A DNA stretch of 64,000 nt from Histomonas meleagridis 2922-C6/04-290x (taxonomy: Eukaryota; Protista; Parabasalia), in NCBI GenBank assembly GCA_020184695.1, contig JAANOX010000059.1, positions 1 to 64,000 on the forward strand, given 5' to 3'. The notes under the pieces were generated by a model, which saw only the letters and a program-made list of their open reading frames with translations, did no database searches and was not told where the DNA came from. Of this stretch, positions 11,971 through 23,778 are shown piece after piece. The first letter of the stretch is position 1. Each line of letters starts with the position of its first letter. Position numbers and translations under genes: made by a program.

Positions 11971-12255
11971 ATGAGCTGTCCAGGCTGTTGCTGTGGTGGT
12001 GTTTCTAATGCCAATCCAAATGAAGAATTCATTATCAACGTTTACAAGCAAGCTGTTGCACTTCACAATTCCACACAAAATGACAATCTTGAATTCGTCA
12101 AAATAATCTCTGTTTCCCAACAAGTCGTCTCGGGTTTCATATTCCGCGGTGTTATTGAAGCAAAGAAGGGTGATGCTGTTGGCCAATATGAGGTCGATGT
12201 ATGGCAAAAGGCTGGCGGAAGAGAAATTGAAATTCAAAAATTCCAAGCCAAGTAA
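11971..12255 (+). CDS. Cystatin-like cysteine protease inhibitor (94 aa)
   Basis: ATG at 11971 preceded by Inr-like TCACATTT. N-terminal GG, QVVSG motif and VW near the C-terminus. Confidence 0.85.
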   Translation: MSCPGCCCGGVSNANPNEEFIINVYKQAVALHNSTQNDNLEFVKIISVSQQVVSGFIFRGVIEAKKGDAVGQYEVDVWQKAGGREIEIQKFQAK

Positions 12256-12919
12256 ACACTTCAACTTTTTTAATTTTTTTCCAAAGGGCTCAGTCTGAAT
12301 CCAATGACTTGGCTGTATGGGAGAAGTCAAATAAACCAGCCAAATTTTGGTTAGATAACAGTTTTTATCGTTCGATATTTCAGAACCATATTTAAAAAGT
12401 GGGTTTAGTGCTGATAATTCAAAGGGTAAGAACAGGTTATTCTTTAGTTTACATGTACGTACACTCGACGAGTGTTCTCGAGAAAAGTGGCGTGTTTATT
12501 ACATATACTTTTTGTAAAATATACAAATATTTTCAATGTGCCGTTAAAATCAGACAGCGGTTTAAATGTTCAAAAATCGAACGATTGAATATGGCACAAA
12601 ATATTCATGAAATTAATGTACAAATTTCATAATACTTAATCGATGAATTTAAAAATAATTCATTAAAATAAAATTTGATACATATATTAGATATATTTCA
12701 TTTACATTGCTAATGCTTTTGTAATGTATTTATGAGAAGATTTTGAGAATCGCTTATACGATTTCAACTTCTCAATTTAAAAAAGTGGCAGTTTCACAAG
12801 GCATCTGTGAAGTGAAAACGATGAAAGAAAAATTAACAAAGTTTGTTAACAAATATCAACCTCAATTCAAGCAGTTTTTTATTTGAGGTTAAAAATTTAA
12901 AAGGTTTACGACAACAGTG

Positions 12920-13470
12920 ATGGGCTGTTGCAACAGCGCATTGGACGAGAAAAGAATTTTGTTACTTGGACCTAAAAACTCCGGGAAAAATGAAATTCGT
13001 ATGTTTTGTTTCTAACAACAGTTCATCAACTCCAGAATGAAAAGAAAAATCAAACAATTCAACAATTTCAAACAAAAGATTTTAATTCTCAAAGTTTGGA
13101 ATATGGAGGCTACACAATATACTCATGGGATATGAATGGCGTTGAAAAATCGCATCCAATTTTGAGGCATTATTTTAATGATGCAAAAGGAATTATTTTT
13201 GTCGTTGACGCTACCACAGATGAAGAATTAGAAAAGGTCAAAGAAGAAATTCACCACATATTGGCTATTAACGAACTTGAAAATTGTCCTGTATTGATAT
13301 TTGCAAATAAGAATGACTCTAATGAAACATTAACCCTCGACCAAATAAAGAAGAAGATTGATATGGCCACTGTTCCACAGAAGAAGCAAAACATTATTGA
13401 ATCAAATGCAAATACAGGTGATGGAATTGATTCAGGAATGAAATGGCTTCTTTCTTCGGCTAAAGACTAG
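12920..13470 (+). CDS. ARF/ARL-like small GTPase, two exons (12920-12998, 13022-13470), 175 aa
   Basis: MGCCNS start, GPKNSGKN P-loop, WDMNG, IIFVVD and FANKND motifs. The P-loop exon joins the downstream ORF in frame only after removing a 23-nt GT-AG intron. Confidence 0.88.
12999..13021 (+). other. 23-nt spliceosomal intron
   Basis: GTATGTTTTGTTTCTAACAACAG; removal restores the frame (ATT C|TT CAT). Confidence 0.88.
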
Positions 13471-14337
13471 TATTCCCTGTGCATACCTCTGATTTTTCTT
13501 GTCTAGTAAATTAGCTGAATTAATATTTTGTATTCGATACTCAATTAATTTATTTATATCTTCATGACATTAATTTAATTTTTTATTAAAGTGAATTATT
13601 TTTTCCTTTAATGATTTAGATCACTTTAATTTTTTTTTTCAATTTGAAAAATAATTTAAAATCAAAAGAAAAATATTCTATAAGCAGTATTTGGACAAAT
13701 TATTTTATTTATTTCAGGATTATTCTTATTGGTTGCCTTCATAAGTGATTTTTTATAATACCAAGAAGTGCAAAATGGATTTTAAATTGGAATATTTATG
13801 TATACGTATAAACAAATGACAATTTCGATTGGATTATGTTGTTAATATTCTTTTGTTTTGGCATTGCATTTGATTATGTTTCTGATGAAAATGAAAAAAT
13901 GTCGCAATTATACAACATAATGAGGAATTTTCATTTTTGTAGGACAAAATTTAGAAAAAAAAACAAACTTTAAAGAGAACTCTCTTATTCAAGTTTATAA
14001 TTTTTTAAACTTACATACAAAAGAAATTGGAATAATCAATATATATTTTCAGAAGAAACATTCTTTTACATGAATAAAATAGGATAATATTTAGTGTTAT
14101 CTTTATTTTTTGAACATTGGAGGAACAAGCTGGCCCAATCAAAAACGATAAATTCAAACACAATTTTAATAACCGTTAGCGACTGAATGTATTCAATTAT
14201 TTCCTAGTTTGTTAAACGTTCTTTTATTGAATTTCTCTGAAATTTTTCAATTAAATAGAAAAAGTTAGATGGGCAAAAATTAAAGTTTTGATTTTAGCGC
14301 TCTTTGAGCGATTGATTGTGCTTTGTGATTTATAGGA

Positions 14338-14646
14338 CTAACTATAATCAAATGTAATGTATTCCATGTATTTTTCTATTGTTTCACGATTATCATAAAA
14401 CCACTTGATCAATAATTTCCTTCTTCTTTTGGTGTTACGATCTAACTTAATACCTGTCATTTCAGATATAACTGTTGCCAAGGAAATCAGTTTCAAATGA
14501 TGAGTATCACCTTTAATGATATTTCTAGCAAATTCTTCTCCCAGCTGTTCATCGAAATTTTCCAGTATTTTTTTAGCATTTCCTTTCTCAAGCTGATCTC
14601 TCTTCCGATATCCAGAGGAACTGGTCTTCTTTTTGGTTGAGCTCAT
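14338..14646 (-). CDS. Small basic hypothetical protein
   Basis: 102-aa ATG ORF with protein-like composition; contains LDRNTKRRRKLLIKWFYDN. No function assigned. Confidence 0.65.
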   Translation of the reverse strand: MSSTKKKTSSSGYRKRDQLEKGNAKKILENFDEQLGEEFARNIIKGDTHHLKLISLATVISEMTGIKLDRNTKRRRKLLIKWFYDNRETIEKYMEYITFDYS

Positions 14647-15299
14647 TGTGACTAGGTTTTGATTTTTTAAGATTAATTCAAATTTCTATGAAAACCGCTA
14701 ATATCCTATCGTAGAAACAACAAAAGATCTCACAAATTTCCCTTGAATCATCTTCAGCACACCGCATTCTCTTCTTAATATGTAAATTACCCTTTTTTGA
14801 CTAATAGTATTATTGCACTAATATCAAATGGAGACACCATGATTTTTCAATGAATTTAATATATGTTAAGTTGATTTAAATCATTATTTTAAGTATATTT
14901 TCTGAACTTGCTTTGTTATTTTTCTTGTTTTCGATACTTATAAATCAAGATATTTTCATTTTATTTGTTTCGATTTTTCTTTCAAATTTATGTTCACTCA
15001 TAATTGTACAAACATAAAATTTTTCACTTATTTAATGAATAAAATTTTTTATTATTTTATAAAAAACAATAAAGAATTCTTCTATCTTCATGCAAAAGCA
15101 TATACTTTCAACATTCCCCATTCATTCTTATTTCACGTGAAATTTCTTTGTACAAATAAATGGAAGTTTTCAATCCGGTCAGATTAAATGAACTTTTTGA
15201 TAAAAAAACGATTATTTATTGCCGAGTTCGTTGGCCGAACAACTATCCTGCGCGAAAAGTGACGATTTTCTCTCAAAATTGACAGAAACATTCGACACA

Positions 15300-15305
15300 T
15301 CATTT
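15300..15305 (+). promoter_or_regulatory. Inr-like core promoter element
   Basis: TCATTT a few nt upstream of the ubiquilin ATG, matching the trichomonad TCA(+1)YT/A initiator. Confidence 0.55.
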
Positions 15306-15309
15306 CTAT

Positions 15310-16638
15310 ATGCAAATCACTCTAAAAGGCTCAGGAGGAAACGTTTTCCAAATCGAAATCAATGATAATGCGACAGTCAAAGACCTTAAAGATGCAATTC
15401 AAAATTCAAAAGGAATCGACCCAAAAACTCTGAGATTAATTTATTCAGGAAAAGTTTTGGCTGATTCTAGTGAACTAAAATCTTACGGAATACAAGATGG
15501 ACATACTGTTCATATGTTTGTGGCTAAACCTAAAACTACACCACCACCACAGCCTTCACAACCATCAAATCCTGTACCACCACCTCCACAACCTTCACAA
15601 CCATCAACAGAATCACTTCCAGAACCACCATCTTTCAATCAGCAAAATCCTTTCATGGCAGGATTTCCAAATCTTGACTTTAACGCATTATTCAATAATC
15701 CAATGATTCAACAAATGATGAATCAAATGGCTGAAAATCCACAACTTTTTGCTGATTTAATTCGTAATAATCCAATGTTTGCAAATAATCCAATGTACCA
15801 ACAAATTGCAAACAACCCAGAACTTATCGCACAAAGCATGAGAATGTTCCAGAATGCAACCAACACAAATTCTCAAACAGGTACGTCAAATCCAAATCCA
15901 AATCAATTTAATCCTTTCGGCGGACTTGACATAAACGCAATGATGAATGACCCCAACTTCCAACAGGTAATGAATCAAATGGCTCAAAACCCACAGCTCT
16001 CAGCTGAATTGATTCGCAACAATCCAATGTTTGCAAATAACCCAATGTTTCAAGAACTTGTCAACAATCCAGAGCTACTTGCACAAAATATTCGTATGGC
16101 TCAAAGTGTTTTTGGTGGAAATGACGCTAATCCAAATACATCTACAACTTCAACTTCAACAACAACAACCACTACCACCAATACGAACAATCCAAATCCA
16201 TTTTCATCCCTTCTTGGCCAGCCTCAGCAAACAACAACCACCACTACTACAGCCAATTCTCAATTCCACATGGATACTGTTCTTCTCCAACATTTGCTTG
16301 AAGCTCCAATGCTACCACAGCACACAGTAGCACTTCAAAATGCCGAAGTTCAGAGAGGACTTACCCTTATACAACAAGGAATTAGACTTTGTCGAGCAAA
16401 TGGGTTATTGTTGATGAACAATGTTCCAAATATTGATGCGGCGATATCGCACGTTCCTCAGCCAGGAGCAAACCAGACAGAGTCGGCCCCACATTTATCT
16501 CCACAAGAGAGATTCGGACCACAATTAGAGACAATGAACTCAATGGGATTATCTGATAATGAAAGAAATATTCAAGCATTAATTGCTACAAATGGAAATG
16601 TTACAGCTGCTATCGAATACATTTTCACGCATCCTTAA
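15310..16638 (+). CDS. Ubiquilin/Dsk2-like ubiquitin receptor (UBL-STI1-UBA)
   Basis: N-terminal UBL (LRLIYSGKVL...YGIQDGHTVHM), duplicated M/N/Q/P-rich STI1 blocks and a C-terminal UBA (QLETMNSMGLSDNERNIQALIATNGNVTAAIEYI). Confidence 0.92.
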   Translation: MQITLKGSGGNVFQIEINDNATVKDLKDAIQNSKGIDPKTLRLIYSGKVLADSSELKSYGIQDGHTVHMFVAKPKTTPPPQPSQPSNPVPPPPQPSQPSTESLPEPPSFNQQNPFMAGFPNLDFNALFNNPMIQQMMNQMAENPQLFADLIRNNPMFANNPMYQQIANNPELIAQSMRMFQNATNTNSQTGTSNPNPNQFNPFGGLDINAMMNDPNFQQVMNQMAQNPQLSAELIRNNPMFANNPMFQELVNNPELLAQNIRMAQSVFGGNDANPNTSTTSTSTTTTTTTNTNNPNPFSSLLGQPQQTTTTTTTANSQFHMDTVLLQHLLEAPMLPQHTVALQNAEVQRGLTLIQQGIRLCRANGLLLMNNVPNIDAAISHVPQPGANQTESAPHLSPQERFGPQLETMNSMGLSDNERNIQALIATNGNVTAAIEYIFTHP

Positions 16639-16789
16639 ATATCCTTAAATAAATGAAAAAAGGCATTGACTTTTTGAATTAAAATTTGTGCTTTTTGTGT
16701 CAAAAAGTGGTGTTGTCAAAGTTATATCGGCGCGTTTAACGTTCGTTGGAAATTTCTTTTATTGACGTGAAATGACTTAACGTCTTTAA

Positions 16790-16975
16790 TGTTTCGAACC
16801 TAAAAGAAGCTAAAGCTTGAAGTTCTCTGAAACACACTAATATTGTGTAATACAAGGCAAGCTTCCAAGAAAAAGGATGTTATGGAGTATGCAGATGGAG
16901 GTGATTTATCTCAAAAGATTAACGTTAATCAAAGGAAAACTTTAATACCAGAAGAAGAACGCATAAACATTTTTT
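16790..16975 (+). pseudogene. NEK kinase fragment
   Basis: Reads LKEAKA*SSLKHTNIV*YKASFQEKG then MEYADGGDLSQKIN, with stops and a deletion; matches the intact NEK at 63350. Confidence 0.75.
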
Positions 16976-17175
16976 GAACAAAAGAAGGAAACAACATAAC
17001 GCTTAGGAAACGTACTTTCCATGAAAGTTCATCTTTGATTAAAAATTAATTTGAAGGAAATTTTTTATTTATTTTTAATTGTGATACTGACCTTCTCGTT
17101 TCCTAATATAATTTCACAAGAAATAATGATAACAACACTATTACAATTATATTTTGTACATTTAAAATTGTTTCA

Positions 17176-17231
17176 CAACGATAGAATCGAATGAATGAAA
17201 AATCATCGGATTTATATTCAAAAACTGAAGT
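17176..17231 (+). repeat. 56-bp dispersed repeat, copy 2
   Basis: Near-identical to 10602-10657. Confidence 0.85.
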
Positions 17232-17271
17232 GTTTGTGAATTGGAATTTATTAAAAAATAGATGAAATTTA

Positions 17272-18003
17272 CTAAAAATCTAAATCAATATCTCTGAGAT
17301 CTGGTAAAAGACTCTTGTCGTATTTCTTGACTTTCTCTTTGAGTACTTTAGTTGCAGAAACTTTGGAATGACAGTGACGACATTTGTATTGGAATGTTGG
17401 GATTTCTGCTTTATCAATGAATCCATTGTGGTTGTGACATTTGGGGCATATAACAGCATATGTATGGTCAGGGCCATCTCCGACAATTGTTTGAGAAATT
17501 CTTCCAATGATTGAATTATTTGGCTTAAATTTGGAACGAACGCCAAAGTCAGACGCAGAGATAGAAAAGTCAAGGATTTTATCTGGGTTTTGTCCAGAAG
17601 CTTTTAATGCATTTTTGATGGCTTCGAGATCAACTGTTTTTTCATATAATTGAATTGCCTTTTCTATTTTATATCTAGTGACTTCAATTCTTTCATGATG
17701 TTTTTTTGTAAGAAATGCAAACAAATATAACAAAAATGACCAAATGCAAAGGCAAGCCAAAAAAGCAAATATTTCAATATGTATCAGTGAACTTATTACA
17801 TCTGAATTTATATTTTTCCTGTGGTAAAAAAGATGAAGAGAAGTGGAAACTATTAGAAATATCTGAATTAAAATGTAAATAATTTTGAACATTCCTTTTG
17901 TAACATTAATCCTTCTTAAACTTTTGTATTCATTGGAAAGTGCATCATGAAGATGAGTGATTTTTGTTTCAAGCTGTTCTTGAGCTGAGTGAGAGCTTCC
18001 CAT
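17272..18003 (-). CDS. Lunapark-like ER junction protein (243 aa)
   Basis: ATG at 18003 (MGSS, myristoylation-type), two TM segments, and a C-terminal zinc finger YAVICPKCHNHNG...YKCRHC. Inr-like TCACTT lies just upstream. Confidence 0.85.
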   Translation of the reverse strand: MGSSHSAQEQLETKITHLHDALSNEYKSLRRINVTKGMFKIIYILIQIFLIVSTSLHLFYHRKNINSDVISSLIHIEIFAFLACLCIWSFLLYLFAFLTKKHHERIEVTRYKIEKAIQLYEKTVDLEAIKNALKASGQNPDKILDFSISASDFGVRSKFKPNNSIIGRISQTIVGDGPDHTYAVICPKCHNHNGFIDKAEIPTFQYKCRHCHSKVSATKVLKEKVKKYDKSLLPDLRDIDLDF

Positions 18004-18066
18004 TGATTTATATATAAAAAGTGACAAAAAAGTAATTTATGGATAATAATACATACACATAATATT

Positions 18067-18342
18067 AATAATATATATAATAGTAATAATATATATAATA
18101 GTAATAATATATATAATAGCAATAATATATATAATAGTAATAATATATATAATAGTAATAATATATATAATAGCAATAATATATATAATAGTAATAATAT
18201 ATATAATAGCAATAATATATATAATAGTGATAATATATATAATAGTGATAATATATATAATAGTGATAATATATATAATAGTGATAATATATATAATAGC
18301 AATTATATATATAATAGTAATAATATATATAATAGTAATACA
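18067..18342. repeat. 18-bp minisatellite, about 15 copies
   Basis: Unit ATAATATATATAATAGTA with AGCA/AGTG variants; gives the 6-aa periodic spurious ORFs. Confidence 0.95.
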
Positions 18343-18465
18343 ATACCGGACACGAAAAACTGTCCATCGGCCGGAAATTTCTGTCCACTTCAATTAGGAA
18401 ATAAAAAATCTTAATTTCACCCTATCTATTATTATAAATATAATAATTAAAACTAATTTTGTCAA

Positions 18466-19737
<1,272 letters not shown>

Positions 19738-21010
19738 TAGGGAGTGGAAAAAGTCCGTTCGTCAGCTTTTTTTTTGATTTATATTAGATATTAATGAAAT
19801 CAAATTATATAAATAAAATTTATAATAAACATATTATCATTATTATTATAATACTTTTTTCCAAATAAATATGATGCATGAAGTAAAACTACTTTTTTTC
19901 AGGATACCTCTGAAAGAGAACGTTTAATCATATTAATGTCAGTCTCAATTGAGGAATTACGTTCTGTTGTCCATTTCCTTTGGTTAGAATCAAATGAAAA
20001 TCAAGACATATATAGGCGATTATGTGCTGTATATGGTGATAATATTATTACACTTCGAACAGTTCAGAAATGGACAAAAAAGATGAATGAACATACCTTC
20101 TCAATTTTCGAACAGAAAAAAACAAGGAGACCAAGAAGATCAGATTTAGATCAAAGAATAACCAGTTTTATATTAAGTTATCCATATGCATCGACGAAGA
20201 AAATTGCGAAGAATGTAGGCGCAGATCCAAAAACAGTGAAAAATATAATGATTAATATTTTAGGGATGAAAAAAGTTAACTTCAAATGGAACCCACATAA
20301 GTTGACTTCAGAAATTAAAGCCAAAAAAGCTGCCATTGCTTCTGAATTATTTGAATTCCTTTTTAGTTCAAATGACTACAGACTAAGACACATTTTGACG
20401 CAAGATGAAACCTGGATTTATTTTGTTAACGGGAGAAACTCGATGTGGATTGAATCTGGAGTGCAAAAACCATACAAACCCAAACAAACTATTGCCTTGA
20501 AAAAAGTAATGATATCTGTTATATGGTCTATAACTGGTATCAAATAAATAACAATGCTCCCGATAGGCCAAAAATTTAATCGAATTTTTTTTCTGAAGTT
20601 GTACAGGTGTTGGCAAAAAGAATTTCAACGAAGGGATATTTTTTGCATATGGATAACGCCCGGCCTCATTTGGTTCATGAAAAATTGAATGAATTGGGGA
20701 TTAAAAGACTTCCGCAACCCCCGTTTTCGCCAGACCTCGCACCTTCTGACTTTTTTCTGTTCGGATATCTGCAAAGAATGCTCGAAGGTGAGGAGTTTGA
20801 AAATGAAGATCAACTTTTTCACAAGGTTGAAACATTACTGTATAATATTCCTAAAGACACCTTCAAAGCCGTATATAATGAATGGATGAACAGACTTTTA
20901 ATTACAATTGAAACTCAAGGTGAATACATATCATAATGAATAAACAAAATTTCTTTTACTTTTTTATTCATTAAAAAATAGGTTGACAAACGCACTTTTT
21001 CCACCCCCTA
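19738..21010 (+). mobile_element. mariner (Tc1/mariner) DNA transposon, 1273 bp, defective
   Basis: 29-bp TIRs TAGGGAGTGGAAAAAGTCCGTTCGTCAGC / reverse complement TAGGGGGTGGAAAAAGTGCGTTTGTCAAC (4 mismatches), flanked by TA on both sides, enclosing a transposase. Confidence 0.93.
19936..20936 (+). pseudogene. mariner transposase with a nonsense codon and a frameshift
   Basis: HTH region, WNPHKL, TQDETW, HMDNARPH and FSPDLAPSDF motifs. TAA at 20545-20547 and a frameshift in the T-run near 20590. Confidence 0.92.
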
Positions 21011-21560
21011 TACATATGCATATACATATACATATACGTATACATATACATATTCAAACGTAAAATATTTCGAATGACCATTTAATTTGCTGGCAAAACG
21101 ATCAATATTTGTGATACCACAGAATATATTGTGGACATATAGAAATTCGTGAATAATTGAAAAATATACGGTTATTGATCGTCGGAAGTCATAGGTTTGA
21201 TGTTGACCGTTAATTTTTGACGATGTGCAAATCTTCACTTAGAGTAGCGAGCTCTGCAGTCGTCACTTTTAGCCGTCAATGTTGCAACGACCGTTAATTC
21301 TACGGTGAGTCGCAGACTAAGCTGCTCCAGCAGCGCCCGTTAATATTACCACAAGGTTTCGGTATTTGTGACCGTTTATTAATATCGAACGTTAATTTAA
21401 CATGAATCATGGAGATCTCCAACATCAGCAGTTCATCATGCTTTTACATAAAGTATACAAAAATATAAAAATAAAAAATACATCAACCGTAACTTGAACG
21501 TTAGCCAAATCACATATCAAATATATTTTTAGAATCTACATTAACAGGAGAATCTAAAAT

Positions 21561-21989
21561 TCATGTTAATTCTCGCTTAAATTCATCAGGGATCGAAATA
21601 TTAGCATTTGGTTTTCCCGAATAACACTTTACAGATTTAAGCTTTGTTCCTATGTCATTAATTTTAGCAATTAATTTATCAGTAATTGTTTTAATAATTT
21701 CAGGTCTCGCCACCATAAATTCATTATTGAGTTCTGCCGGAGCAATGTTTACTAATTTCTTTTCACATACTTTTGCTAGAACATTATTAACAAATTTAAT
21801 GTTGGCAGAATGTAACAACTTTAATGTCTTATCATAAAATTTTACTCCGACAAGAATGACGTGCTGGATAATATATGTCTCCGACTTCTAATCCGATTTA
21901 ATGTTTTCAGGATGGTTATATTTGAATTCAACAGCAGCATAGTTCTGTACTTTGTACTCACTAATTAAATAATTCTGAAAATCTTCCAT
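21561..21989 (-). pseudogene. Element-encoded hypothetical protein with an internal TAG
   Basis: ATG at 21989 (MEDFQNYLISEY...) is in frame with the 21561-21818 ORF; one TAG interrupts the 143-codon frame. Confidence 0.65.
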
Positions 21990-22030
21990 TTACTTATTCG
22001 TAAAAAAATAATTTTTATAATATTAAAATA

Positions 22031-22924
22031 ATGCGAAAAAATAAATTATCTGAAGTAGATAAAAAATTTGATGATATAGAATCAATGTTTGGAAAACTTG
22101 AGCAAAAGAATATGGAAGTATTAAATAATGCACAGATAAAACCTATTCACGACAGATTTCCTTTTGCACAGAATGGAATAAGTGCATTTATCGCACCAAT
22201 GGGCAGTGGGAAGAGATATACATATTTAAAACTTGCTGCTAAACAAGAAGTACTATTTAATGAGCCTTTCTTCGAGCTAATAACAATTTGCAGCACAAGT
22301 AATAAATTCGATGAAACAGTCAACACTTATAAAGAAGTAATTAAAAAGAGTAAGCTCGTTGCCGTAAAAGATACTCAGTTACTCGACTGGTTAAATATGT
22401 ATATGAGACGGATTTTAAAATATAATTCGATCATTAAATATATCAACAGCAATTTTAAAAAGACTGACGAAGAAGTAGAAAGATTATTTACAAAACATAA
22501 TTTAAACAATCAAAAGAAAAGATTAAAATATGTTACCGAAAAGTTGGCAAAAGATCAGTGGAGAACTTATCCTCACCGTTGCTGGCTCATTCTTGATGAC
22601 TTTGCATCACATCCATTACTGAGGAGTAAAGAAACGGAGATGTCAAGGTTATTAAAGAAGCTCAGGCATTTTAATATTAATGTTACCATATGTATTCAAA
22701 CAGTGAAGAGTATCCCAAAAGATATTAAAAGAACATTGTCAGACATTGTATTATTTAATGGGATCGGATATGAAAACTTCTTCGATCTGTTAAAAGAATC
22801 ACCTGCGAGTGTGTTTGATGCAAAAAAATTATGGCAAGAGTTTAGTAGATTAAAAGATCCTCACGCAACATTTACAATTCACATTAAAGCGAAGAGAGTA
22901 ATAGTAAATCAAATAATAAAATAA
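22031..22924 (+). CDS. Maverick/Polinton-type DNA packaging ATPase (A32-like)
   Basis: Walker A APMGSGK, Walker B WLILDD, and LLKKLRHFNINVTICIQT with the arginine and Gln typical of A32/FtsK-like ATPases. Confidence 0.82.
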   Translation: MRKNKLSEVDKKFDDIESMFGKLEQKNMEVLNNAQIKPIHDRFPFAQNGISAFIAPMGSGKRYTYLKLAAKQEVLFNEPFFELITICSTSNKFDETVNTYKEVIKKSKLVAVKDTQLLDWLNMYMRRILKYNSIIKYINSNFKKTDEEVERLFTKHNLNNQKKRLKYVTEKLAKDQWRTYPHRCWLILDDFASHPLLRSKETEMSRLLKKLRHFNINVTICIQTVKSIPKDIKRTLSDIVLFNGIGYENFFDLLKESPASVFDAKKLWQEFSRLKDPHATFTIHIKAKRVIVNQIIK

Positions 22925-22955
22925 AAAATTTATTTTTGTTGTTATTGCTCTTATA

Positions 22956-23606
22956 TCAGCGATTGCTTTCGCTTTGCTCAATAGCGAATAAATCTTCATC
23001 AGGAAGACCTTGGACGCTTATGGTGATGTATAATGGATTCAATAAATGAACTTCATGAAGATTAGCATCAACTAATGTTAATTGTAAATGTGATAGATCA
23101 TTACTGTTTAATTCAATCTCAAAATCAGCGTTCGATATAAATATCGGAAAGTTTGCTGATAATGAGTTATTAATTCTTACAACAATTTTTGATATGTTGA
23201 TTGTTTCATTAAGATTTCGATATGAACTTTTCCCGACATTTGAAAGAAGATATAGAACAGGAGTTGATAAAGTGTTTCCGACACTTTCAGCAATAATCTC
23301 ATATTGTTCATTATAAGATGCAGGAATAGGAAGTACTTGAGAATATAATCCGGATATTTGAATAATATTATATGATGCACTGTTGATAGTAAAGGCTGTG
23401 TCGGAGCTGAAAACAATTCTTCCCGCTTCATCAACTTCAGAAGTTACACCTGATTCTTGGATGAGTGAGTTTAACAGAAGTATAAATGTTTGTGAATTAA
23501 GGTCTGTGTAATCAGTCGTGAAATAATATTTTTTCCCGTTAATTTGTATAAAATCATCTTTCTCAATCACAACAATAGTTTAATACCACTTTTTGATATA
23601 TCTCAT
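22956..23606 (-). pseudogene. Putative minor capsid (penton)-like gene with an early stop
   Basis: ATG at 23606 is in frame with ORF 22956-23570, but codon 9 is TAA. The beta-rich C-terminus LQLTLVDANLHEVHLLNPLYITISV resembles polinton minor capsid proteins. Confidence 0.55.
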
Positions 23607-23778
23607 ATAATATTTTCTAAATTTTTTGTAAACTGGTTGTAAAAAATCAGCGGCACTTTTTGATTGGTTTTTCATTCATTTGATTCTGTCGTTTAAATTT
23701 TATAAACCTTATAAAAAGTTCTGATTTTTCATAGCCACGTTGTAAACAATTGAATTACATTTAATTTATTAATTGTAG

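Larger units (their letters stand above)
21561..23606. mobile_element. Maverick/Polinton-like relic (packaging ATPase plus two disrupted genes)
   Basis: Tightly packed intronless ORFs with an A32-like ATPase and a minor-capsid-like gene. No polymerase, integrase or major capsid gene was seen; boundaries are unknown. Confidence 0.7.
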
